Assembly (NCBI GenBank): GCA_025350595.1
Contig: JANXXP010000353.1
Span: 1 to 59,206 of the forward strand
DNA length: 59,206 nucleotides
Source: Bacteroidota bacterium
GTDB taxonomy: Bacteria > Bacteroidota > Bacteroidia > Bacteroidales > VadinHA17
Reading direction: 5' to 3'
In this document: piece by piece, positions 1 to 10,304 of the stretch
How positions within the stretch are numbered: the first letter of the stretch is position 1
How the letters are laid out: each line of letters starts with the position of its first letter
Made by a program: the position numbers and the translations under genes
The notes under the pieces: model-generated
Database searches by the model: none
Seen by the model: only the letters and a program-made list of their open reading frames with translations
What the model was told of the DNA's origin: nothing

Positions 1-690
1 GGCATGGTCTTCAACATAAAGCCAGTCGCGGATGTTTTCCCCTTTTCCGTAAACCGGAATAGGTTTGCTGGTTTTTATGTTATTTATTGCAAGGGGAATA
101 AGCTTTTCAGGGAACTGGTTTGGGCCGTAGTTATTTGAGCAGTTTGAGATAACTACAGGAATTCCAAAAGTATGATTATAGGCTCTTACAAGGTGGTCGG
201 AACTTGCTTTTGATGCTGAATAAGGACTCTTTGGGTCGTATGCAGTTTCTTCAGTAAATAAGCCTTCTTTTCCCAGTGATCCATAAACTTCATCGGTTGA
301 GATATGATAAAACAGTTTTCCTTCGAAAGCATCTTTCCAGCTTGCAAGGGCAGCATTAAGCAGATTAACAGTGCCAACAATATTGGTAAAAACAAATTCA
401 TCGGGACCTGTAATGGAACGATCAACATGCGATTCGGCAGCAAGGTGAATAACTCCGTCGAAGCTGTATTTCTTAAAAAGATTGAGAACAGATTGCTTGT
501 CAACAATATCAATCTTTTCGAAAAGATAATTCCTCTTTTTATCTATATCGGTAAGGTTCTCCAGATTACCGGCATAAGTAAGTTTATCTGCATTAACAAT
601 TAGATAATCAGGGTACTTGTTAACGAATCTTCTTACTACATGTGAGCCTATAAAACCAGCACCGCCTGTTATAAGTATCGTCTTCTTCAT
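1..690 (-). CDS. rfbB: dTDP-glucose 4,6-dehydratase, 3' end runs off the window (not in ORF track)
   Basis: Manual translation from ATG at 690 gives [29 protein letters not shown]...[12 protein letters not shown], ending at the window edge in [20 protein letters not shown]; typical RmlB motifs. Confidence 0.95.
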   Translation of the reverse strand, partial: MKKTILITGGAGFIGSHVVRRFVNKYPDYLIVNADKLTYAGNLENLTDIDKKRNYLFEKIDIVDKQSVLNLFKKYSFDGVIHLAAESHVDRSITGPDEFVFTNIVGTVNLLNAALASWKDAFEGKLFYHISTDEVYGSLGKEGLFTEETAYDPKSPYSASKASSDHLVRAYNHTFGIPVVISNCSNNYGPNQFPEKLIPLAINNIKTSKPIPVYGKGENIRDWLYVEDHA

Positions 691-723
691 GGTAAATGTG
701 TTTATTCTTACTTTTATCTTGTG

Positions 724-752
724 ACTTTTGTCTTTTGTCTTTTGTCTTATTT
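724..752. repeat. Short heptamer tandem repeat (CTTTTGT x3 plus a degenerate copy)
   Basis: acttttg-tcttttg-tcttttg-tcttatt in the galE-rfbB spacer. Confidence 0.6.
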
Positions 753-767
753 TCTACCTGCTAATTT

Positions 768-1793
768 CTACTTACTTCTTACTTTCTTCTCCCATTCCCA
801 TGCTGTCTTCATTGACTCATCAAGGGTACTGAGTGTTTTCCAGCCTAATTCCTTGTTTGCATATGAAGGATCAGCCCAGATCTTTTCGATGTCGCCGGCA
901 CGTCTGGCAACTATTTTGTATTTCACTTTAATTCCGGTAACCTTTTCAAACGATTTGATTGCCTCAAGGACTGAAACGCCGATTCCGGTTCCAAGGTTAA
1001 AAACTTCATAGTTTGTTTTGTTATTCTCATCAATAAGCCTTTTTACAGCTACTACATGAGCTTTTGCAAGATCAACGACATGGAGATAATCCCTTACACA
1101 TGAGCCGTCAGGAGTATTATAATCGTCTCCGAAAACTTTGAGTTCCTCTCTTAAACCGTAAGCAGTCTGGGTAATATAAGGAACAAGATTTTCAGGTACT
1201 CCTCTGGGCAGTTCTCCAATAAGTGATGAAGGGTGAGCTCCAATAGGGTTGAAATACCTCAAAGAGATTGCTTTGATATTTTTGTCTGAAACAGTTGTAT
1301 CTCTGATTATTGCTTCACCGACCTGTTTTGTATTTCCATAAGGGGATGTTGCAGGCTGCAAAGGTGAATTTTCTGTAACAGGTAATTTTTCGGGTTGTCC
1401 GTAAACTGTGCAGGAAGATGAAAAGACCAGATTGGGGATGCCATTCTTTTTCATTGCATCCAGAAGATTTACCAGGGATAGAAGATTGTTGCGGTAATAG
1501 TCCAAAGGCTTATTAACTGATTCCCCCACAGCTTTATAGGCTGCAAAATGAATGACAGCTGCTATATCTCTATTTTTTCTGCAAAAAACGTCAAGTTTTT
1601 CAGAATTGCACAGATCAAATACTTCAAGAGAAGGTTTAATTCCGGTGATTTTTTGGATCCTGTCGATAACATCTGCTTCGGAGTTATACAGGTTATCAAT
1701 TATTACAACCTCAAACCCATTTTCAATCAGTTCAACAGTTGTATGAGAACCTATATAACCGGTGCCTCCGGTAACCAGGATTTTCTTTTTCAT
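768..1793 (-). CDS. galE: UDP-glucose 4-epimerase
   Basis: TGGTGYIGSHT, HFAAYKAVGES, SSSCTVYG, YGNTK, LRYFNPIGAH motifs. Confidence 0.95.
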   Translation of the reverse strand: MKKKILVTGGTGYIGSHTTVELIENGFEVVIIDNLYNSEADVIDRIQKITGIKPSLEVFDLCNSEKLDVFCRKNRDIAAVIHFAAYKAVGESVNKPLDYYRNNLLSLVNLLDAMKKNGIPNLVFSSSCTVYGQPEKLPVTENSPLQPATSPYGNTKQVGEAIIRDTTVSDKNIKAISLRYFNPIGAHPSSLIGELPRGVPENLVPYITQTAYGLREELKVFGDDYNTPDGSCVRDYLHVVDLAKAHVVAVKRLIDENNKTNYEVFNLGTGIGVSVLEAIKSFEKVTGIKVKYKIVARRAGDIEKIWADPSYANKELGWKTLSTLDESMKTAWEWEKKVRSK

Positions 1794-3083
1794 TTACAGA
1801 CTCCAGTAAGTATGATTTTTAATTTTTCCACGAAGAACGCCTTTTATATCAACTACAATTCCATCTTTATTAAGAAGCGGTGTGAAAAATGATTCATCAA
1901 GGTTTAAATATTCTTTATGAGCCACAGCAAGTATTACGGCATCGTATTTACCTGAAGGATTATCTTTCATTTCAATGGAATATTCTTCCTTTACCTCATG
2001 TTTTCCAGCTCCCGGATCAATAACATCAACTTTAATTCCAAAATCGGCAAGCTCTTTTATTACATCCACAACTTTTGAATTACGAATATCAGTAACATCC
2101 TCTTTAAAGGTAATACCCATAACTAGTACACGTACATCTTTAAGGTTTTTACCGGCTGCAACTATTTTTTTTACAGTCTGTTTTCCTATATATCCACCCA
2201 TGCTGTCGTTGATGAACCTGCCCGAATCGATCATCTGGGGGTGATAGCCCAGCGCTTTGGCTTTGAAGGATAAATAGTAAGGATCAACTCCGATACAATG
2301 ACCTCCTACCAGGCCGGGAAAAAATTTCAGGAAGTTCCATTTTGTCCCGGCAGCCTCAAGAACTTCATAAGTATTGATCCCCATTCTGTTGAAAATGATA
2401 GACAACTCATTCATAAAGGCGATATTAATATCGCGTTGGGTATTCTCAATTATTTTAGCTGCTTCGGCAACTTTTATTGAGCTTGCCCTGTGAATGCCGG
2501 CCTTAATTATAAGTTCGTATGTTTTTGCAATGTTCTCAGCTGATTCAGCATCGCAGCCACTTGTCACTTTCACAATTTTAGTGAGGGTATGATTTGTATC
2601 GCCGGGGTTAATTCGCTCGGGGGAGAAACCAACCTTAAAGTCAATGCCACATTTTAGTTCTGAAAATCTTTCAAGCACAGGGATACAATCATCCTCTGTA
2701 CATCCGGGGTAAACTGTTGATTCATATACAACATAATCACCTTTTTTAAGTACTCTTCCAACTGTTTCGGAGGCTTTGAGGACGGGAGTCAGATCGGGAA
2801 GATTATTTCTATTGGTAGGGGTAGGTACTGCAATAATATGAAAAGAAGCTTCTTTCAGATCTGCCGGATTACTGGTAAGCAGGATATCTGTATTTTTGAA
2901 AGCTGCAGCAGTAAGTTCATTACTTGGATCAATCCCCTTTTTCATCAGTTCAACCCTGTCTGGTTTAATGTCGAAACCGATAACTTTAATTTGTTTAGCG
3001 AACTCAAGCGCAATCGGCAGACCAACATAGCCAAGACCAATGACTGAAAGTTTAGTCTGCTTATTAATTAGTTTATTGTACAT
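1794..3083 (-). CDS. UDP-N-acetylhexosamine 6-dehydrogenase (WbpO/TviB/WbpA-like nucleotide sugar dehydrogenase)
   Basis: GLGYVG Rossmann motif, ESTVYPG, SPERINPG, catalytic GGHCIGVDPYYL, TFKEDVTDIRNS. Confidence 0.9.
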   Translation of the reverse strand: MYNKLINKQTKLSVIGLGYVGLPIALEFAKQIKVIGFDIKPDRVELMKKGIDPSNELTAAAFKNTDILLTSNPADLKEASFHIIAVPTPTNRNNLPDLTPVLKASETVGRVLKKGDYVVYESTVYPGCTEDDCIPVLERFSELKCGIDFKVGFSPERINPGDTNHTLTKIVKVTSGCDAESAENIAKTYELIIKAGIHRASSIKVAEAAKIIENTQRDINIAFMNELSIIFNRMGINTYEVLEAAGTKWNFLKFFPGLVGGHCIGVDPYYLSFKAKALGYHPQMIDSGRFINDSMGGYIGKQTVKKIVAAGKNLKDVRVLVMGITFKEDVTDIRNSKVVDVIKELADFGIKVDVIDPGAGKHEVKEEYSIEMKDNPSGKYDAVILAVAHKEYLNLDESFFTPLLNKDGIVVDIKGVLRGKIKNHTYWSL

Positions 3084-3085
3084 TC

Positions 3086-4045
3086 TTATATGTTTTTTAA
3101 TATTGGATGATAGTCTCCGTGAAGACCTACAGCTTTTGCATTTCTTATTGTGTAAGCAATTTCGACTGATTGTTTAGCCTCCTTAAGTCCGAATCCCCTT
3201 CCTGCAAGAATTTCTTTATATGTTTCAGTATGAAGTTCACCAAACCCTTCGCTAAACTCAATCTCTTCTCCTTCAACAGAAATAGACCTGAATGTTCTTT
3301 TCCCTGCTTTCCTGACCGAATCAGGGATATCATTATAATCGATGCTCAGGAACCATCTGATCCTTGCATTTTCAAGTTCTAAGTATCCTGCAGCCTTATC
3401 CGGTTCTGAAAGATGAACAATATTATTCTTTACATCGCCGAAAATCCAGCTTAGCATATCGAAAAAATGAATACCGATATTTGTTGCAACTCCTCCTGAT
3501 TTCTGAATATCGCCTTTCCATGATATATTATACCAGTTTCCGCGACTGGTAATGTAAGACATGTCAATGTCATATATTTTCCCTTCAGGACCGTTCAGAA
3601 TCTTTTCCCGTAATTCAATTATTTTAGGATGCAGACGAAGCTGGAGAATGGTGTAAATTTTATGTCCGGTTTCATTTTCAATCTCCTGAAGCGCATCAAC
3701 ATTCCATGGGTTGAGGACTATAGGCTTTTCGCAAATTGCTTCAGCATGATGACGCAGAGCAAACCTGATATGTGAATCGTGAAGATAATTAGGAGAGCAA
3801 ATACTGACATAGTCTATCTTGGTTCCGTTTCGTTTCAGCTTATCAATGTGTCTGTCGAAACGCTCAAATTCAACAAAAAAATCACTTTCAGGAAAAAAAC
3901 TATCAATAAGTCCCACACTATCAAACTTATCGAGGCTTGCCAGCAGATTGTTACCAGTATCTTTAATTGCCTTTAGGTGCCTGACCGCAATATAACCGGC
4001 AACACCTATCATTCCGAAATTTTTTGGAGTATCAATCATCATCAA
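3086..4045 (-). CDS. wbpB: UDP-GlcNAcA 3-dehydrogenase (WbpB/WlbA, Gfo/Idh/MocA family)
   Basis: GVAGYIAVRH, ICSPNYLHDSH, ICEKP, SGGVATNIGIHFFDML, EFSEGFGELHT; adjacent to wbpD- and wbpE-like genes. Confidence 0.9.
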   Translation of the reverse strand: MMMIDTPKNFGMIGVAGYIAVRHLKAIKDTGNNLLASLDKFDSVGLIDSFFPESDFFVEFERFDRHIDKLKRNGTKIDYVSICSPNYLHDSHIRFALRHHAEAICEKPIVLNPWNVDALQEIENETGHKIYTILQLRLHPKIIELREKILNGPEGKIYDIDMSYITSRGNWYNISWKGDIQKSGGVATNIGIHFFDMLSWIFGDVKNNIVHLSEPDKAAGYLELENARIRWFLSIDYNDIPDSVRKAGKRTFRSISVEGEEIEFSEGFGELHTETYKEILAGRGFGLKEAKQSVEIAYTIRNAKAVGLHGDYHPILKNI

Positions 4046-4066
4046 ATGTTTAACAAGCTCACAAAA

Positions 4067-4648
4067 TTACTGAATTAATTTAGAAACTTTGCCATCTTCA
4101 AGCTTGTATCTCTCACCGCTTTCAGAACAAGTTGCAACACCTGAGTTGTCAAAAATAAGTTTATGTCCATATTCAGACATCCAACCTGTTTGTCGGGCCG
4201 GATTTCCGACAACAAGTGAAAACGGTTTAACATCTTTTGTTACGACTGCCCCTGCGCCTATAAAAGAATAAGTTCCGATTCTGTTTCCGCAAACAATTGT
4301 GGAGTTAGCCCCAATAGTAGCTCCTTTCCCTACAATTGTGGTTAAGTAACTGTCTTTACGGATAATTGCACTCCGGGGGTTGATTACATTTGTAAAGACC
4401 ATTGATGGTCCAAGGAAGACATCATCTTCACAAATTACACCTGTATAGATAGATACATTATTCTGAACTTTTACATTTTTCCCTAGTTTAACACCTGGTG
4501 AGATTACAACATTCTGACCAATATTGCAGTTTTCACCAATTTCTGAGCCTGACATTATATGACTGAAATGCCAGATCTTTGTTCCTTTTCCGATTTTGCA
4601 ACCATTATCAATGACTGCTGTTTCGTGAGCAAAATATTCCTTTTCCAT
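4067..4648 (-). CDS. wbpD: UDP-GlcNAc3NA N-acetyltransferase (WbpD/WlbB, hexapeptide repeat)
   Basis: IWHFSHI, IGQNVVISP, KVQNNVSIY, GPSMVFTNVINPRS, VGNPARQTGWM. Confidence 0.9.
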   Translation of the reverse strand: MEKEYFAHETAVIDNGCKIGKGTKIWHFSHIMSGSEIGENCNIGQNVVISPGVKLGKNVKVQNNVSIYTGVICEDDVFLGPSMVFTNVINPRSAIIRKDSYLTTIVGKGATIGANSTIVCGNRIGTYSFIGAGAVVTKDVKPFSLVVGNPARQTGWMSEYGHKLIFDNSGVATCSESGERYKLEDGKVSKLIQ

Positions 4649-4653
4649 TAGAG

Positions 4654-5784
4654 TTATTTACCTGAGAAATTTAAAATGTTAAGCACAATATAATCAATTT
4701 GTTCCTGCTCCATATCGGGATGCATGGGCAATGATAAAACCTCTTTGCACAGCATTGCAGTTACAGGGAAATCATTCTCTTTATATCCCAGATATTTATA
4801 CGCCTCCTGCACGTGAAGGGGCCCCGGATAATATACCATTGATGGAATACTCTTTGATTCGAGGAACTTCTTAAGTTCATCTCTCTTCCCGTTTTTCACC
4901 TTAAGAGTATATTGATGAAATATGTGCGAAGAATAGCTCATTCTTTCAGGGACCGATAATGAGCTGCAACCTGAAAATGCTTTATCATATTGATCTGCAA
5001 CAGCTCTTCTTGCTTCGTTGAATCGTGAAAGATGTTTAAGTTTTACCCGCAGTATTGCTGCCTGAATTGTATCAAGTCGCGAGTTTATTCCTATATCATC
5101 ATGGTGATACTTAACCTTCATTCCATGGTTGGCAATGCTTCTGAGTTTTTTGGCTATTACGTCATCATTTGTATATAAAGCGCCTCCATCACCATAACAT
5201 CCCAGATTCTTTGACGGGAAAAATGAAGTAGTACCAATATGTCCTATTGTTCCGGCCTTTTTTGTGGAACCATCTCTGAATATATAGTCTGCTCCTGTTG
5301 CCTGTGCAGCATCCTCAATAATATAAAGATTATGTTTCTTTGCAATTTCCATAAGACTTTCCATGTCGGCACACTGGCCAAAAAGATGAACTGGGACAAT
5401 AGCTTTTGTGTTTGGAGTAATAGCTTTTTTGACAGCATCAATGGAAATAGTGAAGCTTCCGGGATCGGGTTCAACAATAACCAGTTTAAGACCAAGTAGT
5501 GCAACCACTTCAACAGTTGCAATAAAAGTGAAATTTGTTGTGATAACCTCATCCCCGGGTTTAAGACCAAGTGCCATCATTGCAAGTTCAAGAGCATCGG
5601 TTCCGTTTGCGCACGAAACCACATGTTTTACTCCAATATATTCCTGAAGCTCTTCCTCAAACAGCTTAACATCAGGACCTTTGATAAAGGCAGTTGATTC
5701 CAGGACTGATTTTATTGCGAAATCGATTTCTGACCCAATTTTCTCATATTGAGCCTTCAGATCGACCATCTGGATATCTCTCAT
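4654..5784 (-). CDS. DegT/DnrJ/EryC1/StrS PLP aminotransferase (WbpE/PorR-like)
   Basis: CANGTDAL, PVHLFGQ, IEDAAQA, SFFPSKNLGCYGDGG, GINSRLDTIQAA. Confidence 0.9.
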   Translation of the reverse strand: MRDIQMVDLKAQYEKIGSEIDFAIKSVLESTAFIKGPDVKLFEEELQEYIGVKHVVSCANGTDALELAMMALGLKPGDEVITTNFTFIATVEVVALLGLKLVIVEPDPGSFTISIDAVKKAITPNTKAIVPVHLFGQCADMESLMEIAKKHNLYIIEDAAQATGADYIFRDGSTKKAGTIGHIGTTSFFPSKNLGCYGDGGALYTNDDVIAKKLRSIANHGMKVKYHHDDIGINSRLDTIQAAILRVKLKHLSRFNEARRAVADQYDKAFSGCSSLSVPERMSYSSHIFHQYTLKVKNGKRDELKKFLESKSIPSMVYYPGPLHVQEAYKYLGYKENDFPVTAMLCKEVLSLPMHPDMEQEQIDYIVLNILNFSGK

Positions 5785-5870
5785 AACTGGTTTAAATTTT
5801 GAAATACGAAGATAATATTTTTCCGTAAGACTATTTTTCTTATTTTTGTATGAGTATTAGATTAGATTTT

Positions 5871-6833
5871 GTGGATATAACTGTCTTCATACGCGAATTA
5901 TTATTCGGACACGATTGTGTAATCGTTCCGGGATTTGGTGGCTTTATTGGGAACTATTCACCTGCACGCATTGACAAAAATTCGGCGACGTTCTATCCTC
6001 CGGTAAAGCAGATTTCATTTAACAGGAACCTTAATCATAACGATGGACTTTTAGTAGGCAGGGTATCAGCATCTCTTAACATTAATTATGGAGATGCCAG
6101 AAGTATGGTTGAGGAATTTGTTGTGGAGCTTCGCAAAAAACTTACTAAAGGCGAGAAAGTTGTTTTTGATAATATCGGAAGTTTTATAAATAATCAGGAA
6201 GGGAACATCCAGTTTGAACCAGACAGAGATGCAAATTATCATCTTGATTCTTTTGGCCTTGAATCCTTTCAGTATTTACCGCTCGAGGGTTATGATGTAA
6301 GAAAACGGATATTGCGACATCCCGGGAAAGATCCTGTTAAGCAATCTTCAATGAGAAAAATTCTTTGGAGAGCTGCTGTAATTATTCCTCTTCTTCTTGT
6401 TATAGTTGCGGTACCGCTTAAAACAAACCTCTTTAAATCGAGGGCAGAAACAACAACAATGAATCCCCTGGTAACCGCTGAGTTTGAGCATAATAAGAAG
6501 GCTGTAGATCAGGATATTAAAGATGAGGCAATAAAAATTGCTGAGAGTAGCAAGCCTGCAAATGTAGCTGTTTCGGTGTCTGAAATCAAAGTTCCGGTGG
6601 TTGCCGAAGAGGAATTATATTTTCTTATAACTGGTAGTTTCAAATCAGAAGAAAATGCAGTTGCCCAGGCAGAAATGCTTAAAAAAGAAGGTTTTACACC
6701 AGAAGTTGTGGCTGCACCAAACGGGTTTTACAGAGTTAGTGCGATGGAATGTCACGATCTGAATTCAGCTTTAACCAAAAAGGACAGTATTTCTAAAAAA
6801 TTTCCGGGAAGCTGGATTTCAAGAAAGATATAA
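5871..6833 (+). CDS. HU-CCDC81-like N-terminal domain, single TM segment and C-terminal SPOR domain protein
   Basis: HDCVIVPGFGGFI...FNRNLNHNDGLL N-terminus, hydrophobic ILWRAAVIIPLLLVIVAV, SPOR-like YFLITGSFKSEENA...FYRVS. GTG 5871 preferred over ATG 5850 because a TATTTTTG -7 element lies at 5841-5848. Confidence 0.8.
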   Translation: MDITVFIRELLFGHDCVIVPGFGGFIGNYSPARIDKNSATFYPPVKQISFNRNLNHNDGLLVGRVSASLNINYGDARSMVEEFVVELRKKLTKGEKVVFDNIGSFINNQEGNIQFEPDRDANYHLDSFGLESFQYLPLEGYDVRKRILRHPGKDPVKQSSMRKILWRAAVIIPLLLVIVAVPLKTNLFKSRAETTTMNPLVTAEFEHNKKAVDQDIKDEAIKIAESSKPANVAVSVSEIKVPVVAEEELYFLITGSFKSEENAVAQAEMLKKEGFTPEVVAAPNGFYRVSAMECHDLNSALTKKDSISKKFPGSWISRKI

Positions 6834-6846
6834 GATAATGTCATAA

Positions 6847-6886
6847 AAATATTTATACCGTCTCAAATGGGAAGGTATAAATATTT
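6847..6886. terminator. 13-bp perfect inverted repeat between convergent genes, probable terminator
   Basis: AAATATTTATACC (6847-6859) / GGTATAAATATTT (6874-6886). Confidence 0.55.
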
Positions 6887-6910
6887 CTTGATGATGGTTC
6901 TTTAGTAAGT

Positions 6911-6947
6911 TAACTCTCCCCCCGCTCTGGCAGGGGGGGGAGAATTA
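6911..6947. repeat. G/C-run palindrome
   Basis: TAACTCTCCCCCC...GGGGGGAGAATTA. Confidence 0.5.
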
Positions 6948-6985
6948 TACACCTTTATCTTTATTATTATCCATCAATTTACTAT

Positions 6986-9019
6986 TTATTTTATCATACT
7001 CCCGTTGCTGACTTTTGTAGCAGGAGTTACCATAACCAATTTTCCGTCTTTATCCTCAGCCATCAGAATCATTCCCTGCGATTCAATTCCTTTTATTTTA
7101 CGTGGCTCAAGATTAGCTACTATAGATATTTGCTTTCCAATAATAGCATCTGGTTCATAATATTCGGCAATGCCAGAAACTATTGTACGGATATCCAGTC
7201 CGGTATCAATCTTTAATTTCAGCAGTTTAGTTGTTTTTGGAACTTTTTCAGCTTCAAGGATTGTTGCCGTCCTTATATCTATCCTTGAGAAATCATCAAA
7301 GGTTATAGCATTTTTTCCTGGAGTTGTCTTTGCTCCGGCAACTTCATTGGCTTTTTTTGTCGCAAGAAGTTTATCTATCTGCCTGGTTATCTCTTCGTCT
7401 TCAATCTTTTCGAAGAGTAATCCCGGTTTATTAATTTCATGTCCGGCCTTAAGCAAATCTGATTTTCCTGCTTCGCTCCATTTCAGTTCATTTAAATTTA
7501 TCCAGCCACGAAGTCTGGTCATTGAGAAAGGAAGAAACGGTTCACAAATAATTGTCAGATTAGCAGTTATTTGCAGAGCAATGTTCATTATTGTTTTTAC
7601 TCTTTCCGGATCCGTTTTAATCACCTTCCATGGTTCCGCATCTGCAAGATATTTATTGCCAAGACGAGCAAGATTCATGGCCTCTTTAAGTGCCTCGCGG
7701 AACCGGTATGTTTCAAGACTTGTCTCTACATTTTCCTTAATCTTTGCAAATTCTTGCAAAACAGCATCATCATTTGAATCTGTTTTTCCTCTTGCCGGTA
7801 CTTTGCCATCATAATAATTATTTGTAAGCACAAGAGTCCGGTTGACAAAATTCCCAAGGATAGCTACCAGTTCGTTGTTGTTTCGTGCCTGAAAATCTTT
7901 CCAGGTAAAATCATTATCTTTTGTTTCAGGAGCATTGGCACAGAGCGCATATCTTAGAACATCCTGTTTCCCGGGAAAATCTTCAAGGTATTCATGCAAC
8001 CACACAGCCCAGTTTCTTGAAGTAGAGATCTTATCGTTCTCGAGGTTCAGAAATTCATTAGCCGGTACATTTTCAGGAAGAATATAACTTCCTTCGGCAT
8101 GAAGCATAGCCGGGAAGATAATGCAATGGAACACAATATTATCTTTCCCGATGAAGTGGACCATTTTTGTCTCTTTATCCTTCCAGTACTTTTCCCAGTC
8201 AGGTGTAAGTTCTTTTGTAGCGGAGATATAACCTATAGGAGCATCGAACCAGACATACAATACTTTTCCTTTGGCGCCATCAACAGGTACAGGTACACCC
8301 CAGTCGAGATCGCGACTGACAGCTCTTGGCTGCAGACCCTGATCGAGCCATGATTTGCACTGTCCGTAAACATTTGCTTTCCACTCCTTGTGATCTTCAA
8401 GGATCCATTTTTTAAGCCATGGTTCATACTTGTCAAGAGGGAGATACCAATGAAGTGTCTCACGCAGAACCGGTTTGCTGCCGCTGACAGTTGAGTGCGG
8501 ATTAATCAGTTCATTGGGACTTAGCGATGTTCCGCATTTTTCACACTGGTCGCCATAAGCATTTTCATTTCCGCAATGAGGACAGGTTCCCATTATATAT
8601 CTGTCGGCGAGGAAACAACCTGCTTCCTCATCATAGTACTGGTCTGTAGATTTTTCAGTAAACTCACCTTTATCGTAGAGGGTTTTGAAAAACTCAGAGG
8701 CAGTATCGTAATGAACTTTATTTGATGTACGGGAATAAATGTCGAAAGCAATTCCAAAATCTTCGAAAGCTTTTTTATTTATAGTATGGTATCTGTCAAC
8801 AATTTCCTGTGGGGAAACCCCTTCTTTTCGTGCTTTAAGAGTTATAGGAACACCATGTTCATCTGATCCGCAAACTGAGATAACGTCTACTCCTTTCATT
8901 CTCAGGAACCTTGTATAGATATCCGATGGAATATATACCCCTGCCAGATGGCCAATATGTATAGGGCCGTTGGCATAAGGGAGTGCTGAAGTGACCAGAT
9001 ATCTTTTAAAGTTCTTCAT
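6986..9019 (-). CDS. metG: Methionine--tRNA ligase with C-terminal tRNA-binding domain
   Basis: [15 protein letters not shown], Zn knuckle [24 protein letters not shown]-terminal OB fold ([18 protein letters not shown]). Confidence 0.98.
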   Translation of the reverse strand: MKNFKRYLVTSALPYANGPIHIGHLAGVYIPSDIYTRFLRMKGVDVISVCGSDEHGVPITLKARKEGVSPQEIVDRYHTINKKAFEDFGIAFDIYSRTSNKVHYDTASEFFKTLYDKGEFTEKSTDQYYDEEAGCFLADRYIMGTCPHCGNENAYGDQCEKCGTSLSPNELINPHSTVSGSKPVLRETLHWYLPLDKYEPWLKKWILEDHKEWKANVYGQCKSWLDQGLQPRAVSRDLDWGVPVPVDGAKGKVLYVWFDAPIGYISATKELTPDWEKYWKDKETKMVHFIGKDNIVFHCIIFPAMLHAEGSYILPENVPANEFLNLENDKISTSRNWAVWLHEYLEDFPGKQDVLRYALCANAPETKDNDFTWKDFQARNNNELVAILGNFVNRTLVLTNNYYDGKVPARGKTDSNDDAVLQEFAKIKENVETSLETYRFREALKEAMNLARLGNKYLADAEPWKVIKTDPERVKTIMNIALQITANLTIICEPFLPFSMTRLRGWINLNELKWSEAGKSDLLKAGHEINKPGLLFEKIEDEEITRQIDKLLATKKANEVAGAKTTPGKNAITFDDFSRIDIRTATILEAEKVPKTTKLLKLKIDTGLDIRTIVSGIAEYYEPDAIIGKQISIVANLEPRKIKGIESQGMILMAEDKDGKLVMVTPATKVSNGSMIK

Positions 9020-9058
9020 GATTCTGATAATGAGGTATTAGCAATTTTAAAAATCGAA

Positions 9059-9066
9059 CAAAGATA
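9059..9066 (-). promoter_or_regulatory. Bacteroidota primary-sigma -7 element upstream of metG
   Basis: TATCTTTG on the minus strand matches the TAnnTTTG consensus, ~40 bp before the start. Confidence 0.6.
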
Positions 9067-9130
9067 ATAAAGATTATATTCTTTTTTACCCTAAAACTAA
9101 CTTTATGCCATGTTGTTTTGACCCTCACAG

Positions 9131-9257
9131 GGTTGTTTAAAAAGTCCTTTTTAACCTCTGAGATCGCAAAGTAGGCGCAGCGGTCGCAGATTTAAAGCTC
9201 TGCTTAACAAAACATTGCGGCCTTTTCGGTTAATGGATTTCGTCTTTTCAGACAACC
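9131..9257. mobile_element. MITE-like non-coding element with 14-bp terminal inverted repeats
   Basis: GGTTGTTTAAAAAG (9131-9144) vs CTTTTCAGACAACC (9244-9257), 12/14 complementary; nested TTAACC...GGTTAA arms with CGCA(A/G)-type units; no ORF. Confidence 0.5.
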
Positions 9258-9386
9258 ACTAATACTCACAGATATAGTGAATTAACCCCCCTTTAAAGGG
9301 GCTGGGGGGCAAACAGCGGGAGGTTCAGGGTTTAAAAACTTGGAAACAGCACCAATATCTGTTACATTTACATCTAATAATTTTAA

Positions 9387-10301
9387 ATGTCCACAAGTAA
9401 AATCCAACCCGATTTTTTGAAACCAGGTGATGAAGTAGCAATTATATCGCCTTCTTTTTGTATTGAAGAAAAGAAGTTGTCTGATGCTGTTGCTTTTCTT
9501 GAAAAATGGGGATTGAGAGTTCGTATTGGCAAGAATGCTCTGAAAAAGAATGGCCCATTCGCCGGAAGCGATGAGGATCGGTTATCTGATCTTCAGGAAA
9601 TGACAAATGATCCTGATATTAAGGCTATTTTGTGTTCTCGTGGGGGGTATGGTGCTTCAAAGATCATAAGCAGCGTTGATTTTTCAGCATTAAAGATTTA
9701 TCCAAAGTGGTATGTTGGATATAGCGATATAACTGTTTTGCATTTATGGTTAAGTGAAGTATGCGGAATAATGTCGGTGCATGGAGATATGCCTCTCAAT
9801 TTTAATAATCCGGAGAAGACACGTGCCACATTCCGATCTTTGCAGCAGGTACTATTCGGTACTTTTGAGTGTTGTGAATGGAAAGGAACATTCTTCAGGG
9901 CGATGAATGTGACCGGTGAAATAACAGGAGGAAACCTTTCGCTTATATATAGTCTTATTGGTACACCGGGTGAACCTGAAACGAAAGGTAAAATATTGTT
10001 TATTGAAGATGTTGGTGAGTATTATTATCATATTGACAGGATGATGACTTCCCTTAAGCTTGCAGGGAAGCTGGAAGGGTTATCTGCTTTGGTTGTTGGA
10101 GGAATGAATAATCTTGAGGATGCCAAGATTCCATGGGGCAGGAGTATTGAAGAAACTCTTTATGGGATAGTGAGTGAGTATGAATATCCTCTGTTCTTCA
10201 ACTTCCCGGCAGGCCATATAGCCAATAACAGAGCTTTCTATATGGGAAAAGAGGCAAAAATTGACGTAAAAGGGAAAAAAGCTACGTTGACATTTGTCTG
10301 A
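9387..10301 (+). CDS. LD-carboxypeptidase (peptidase S66)
   Basis: SRGGYG, GYSDIT nucleophile, GGNLSL, ILFIEDV, PAGH. Confidence 0.92.
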   Translation: MSTSKIQPDFLKPGDEVAIISPSFCIEEKKLSDAVAFLEKWGLRVRIGKNALKKNGPFAGSDEDRLSDLQEMTNDPDIKAILCSRGGYGASKIISSVDFSALKIYPKWYVGYSDITVLHLWLSEVCGIMSVHGDMPLNFNNPEKTRATFRSLQQVLFGTFECCEWKGTFFRAMNVTGEITGGNLSLIYSLIGTPGEPETKGKILFIEDVGEYYYHIDRMMTSLKLAGKLEGLSALVVGGMNNLEDAKIPWGRSIEETLYGIVSEYEYPLFFNFPAGHIANNRAFYMGKEAKIDVKGKKATLTFV

Positions 10302-10304
10302 TTA

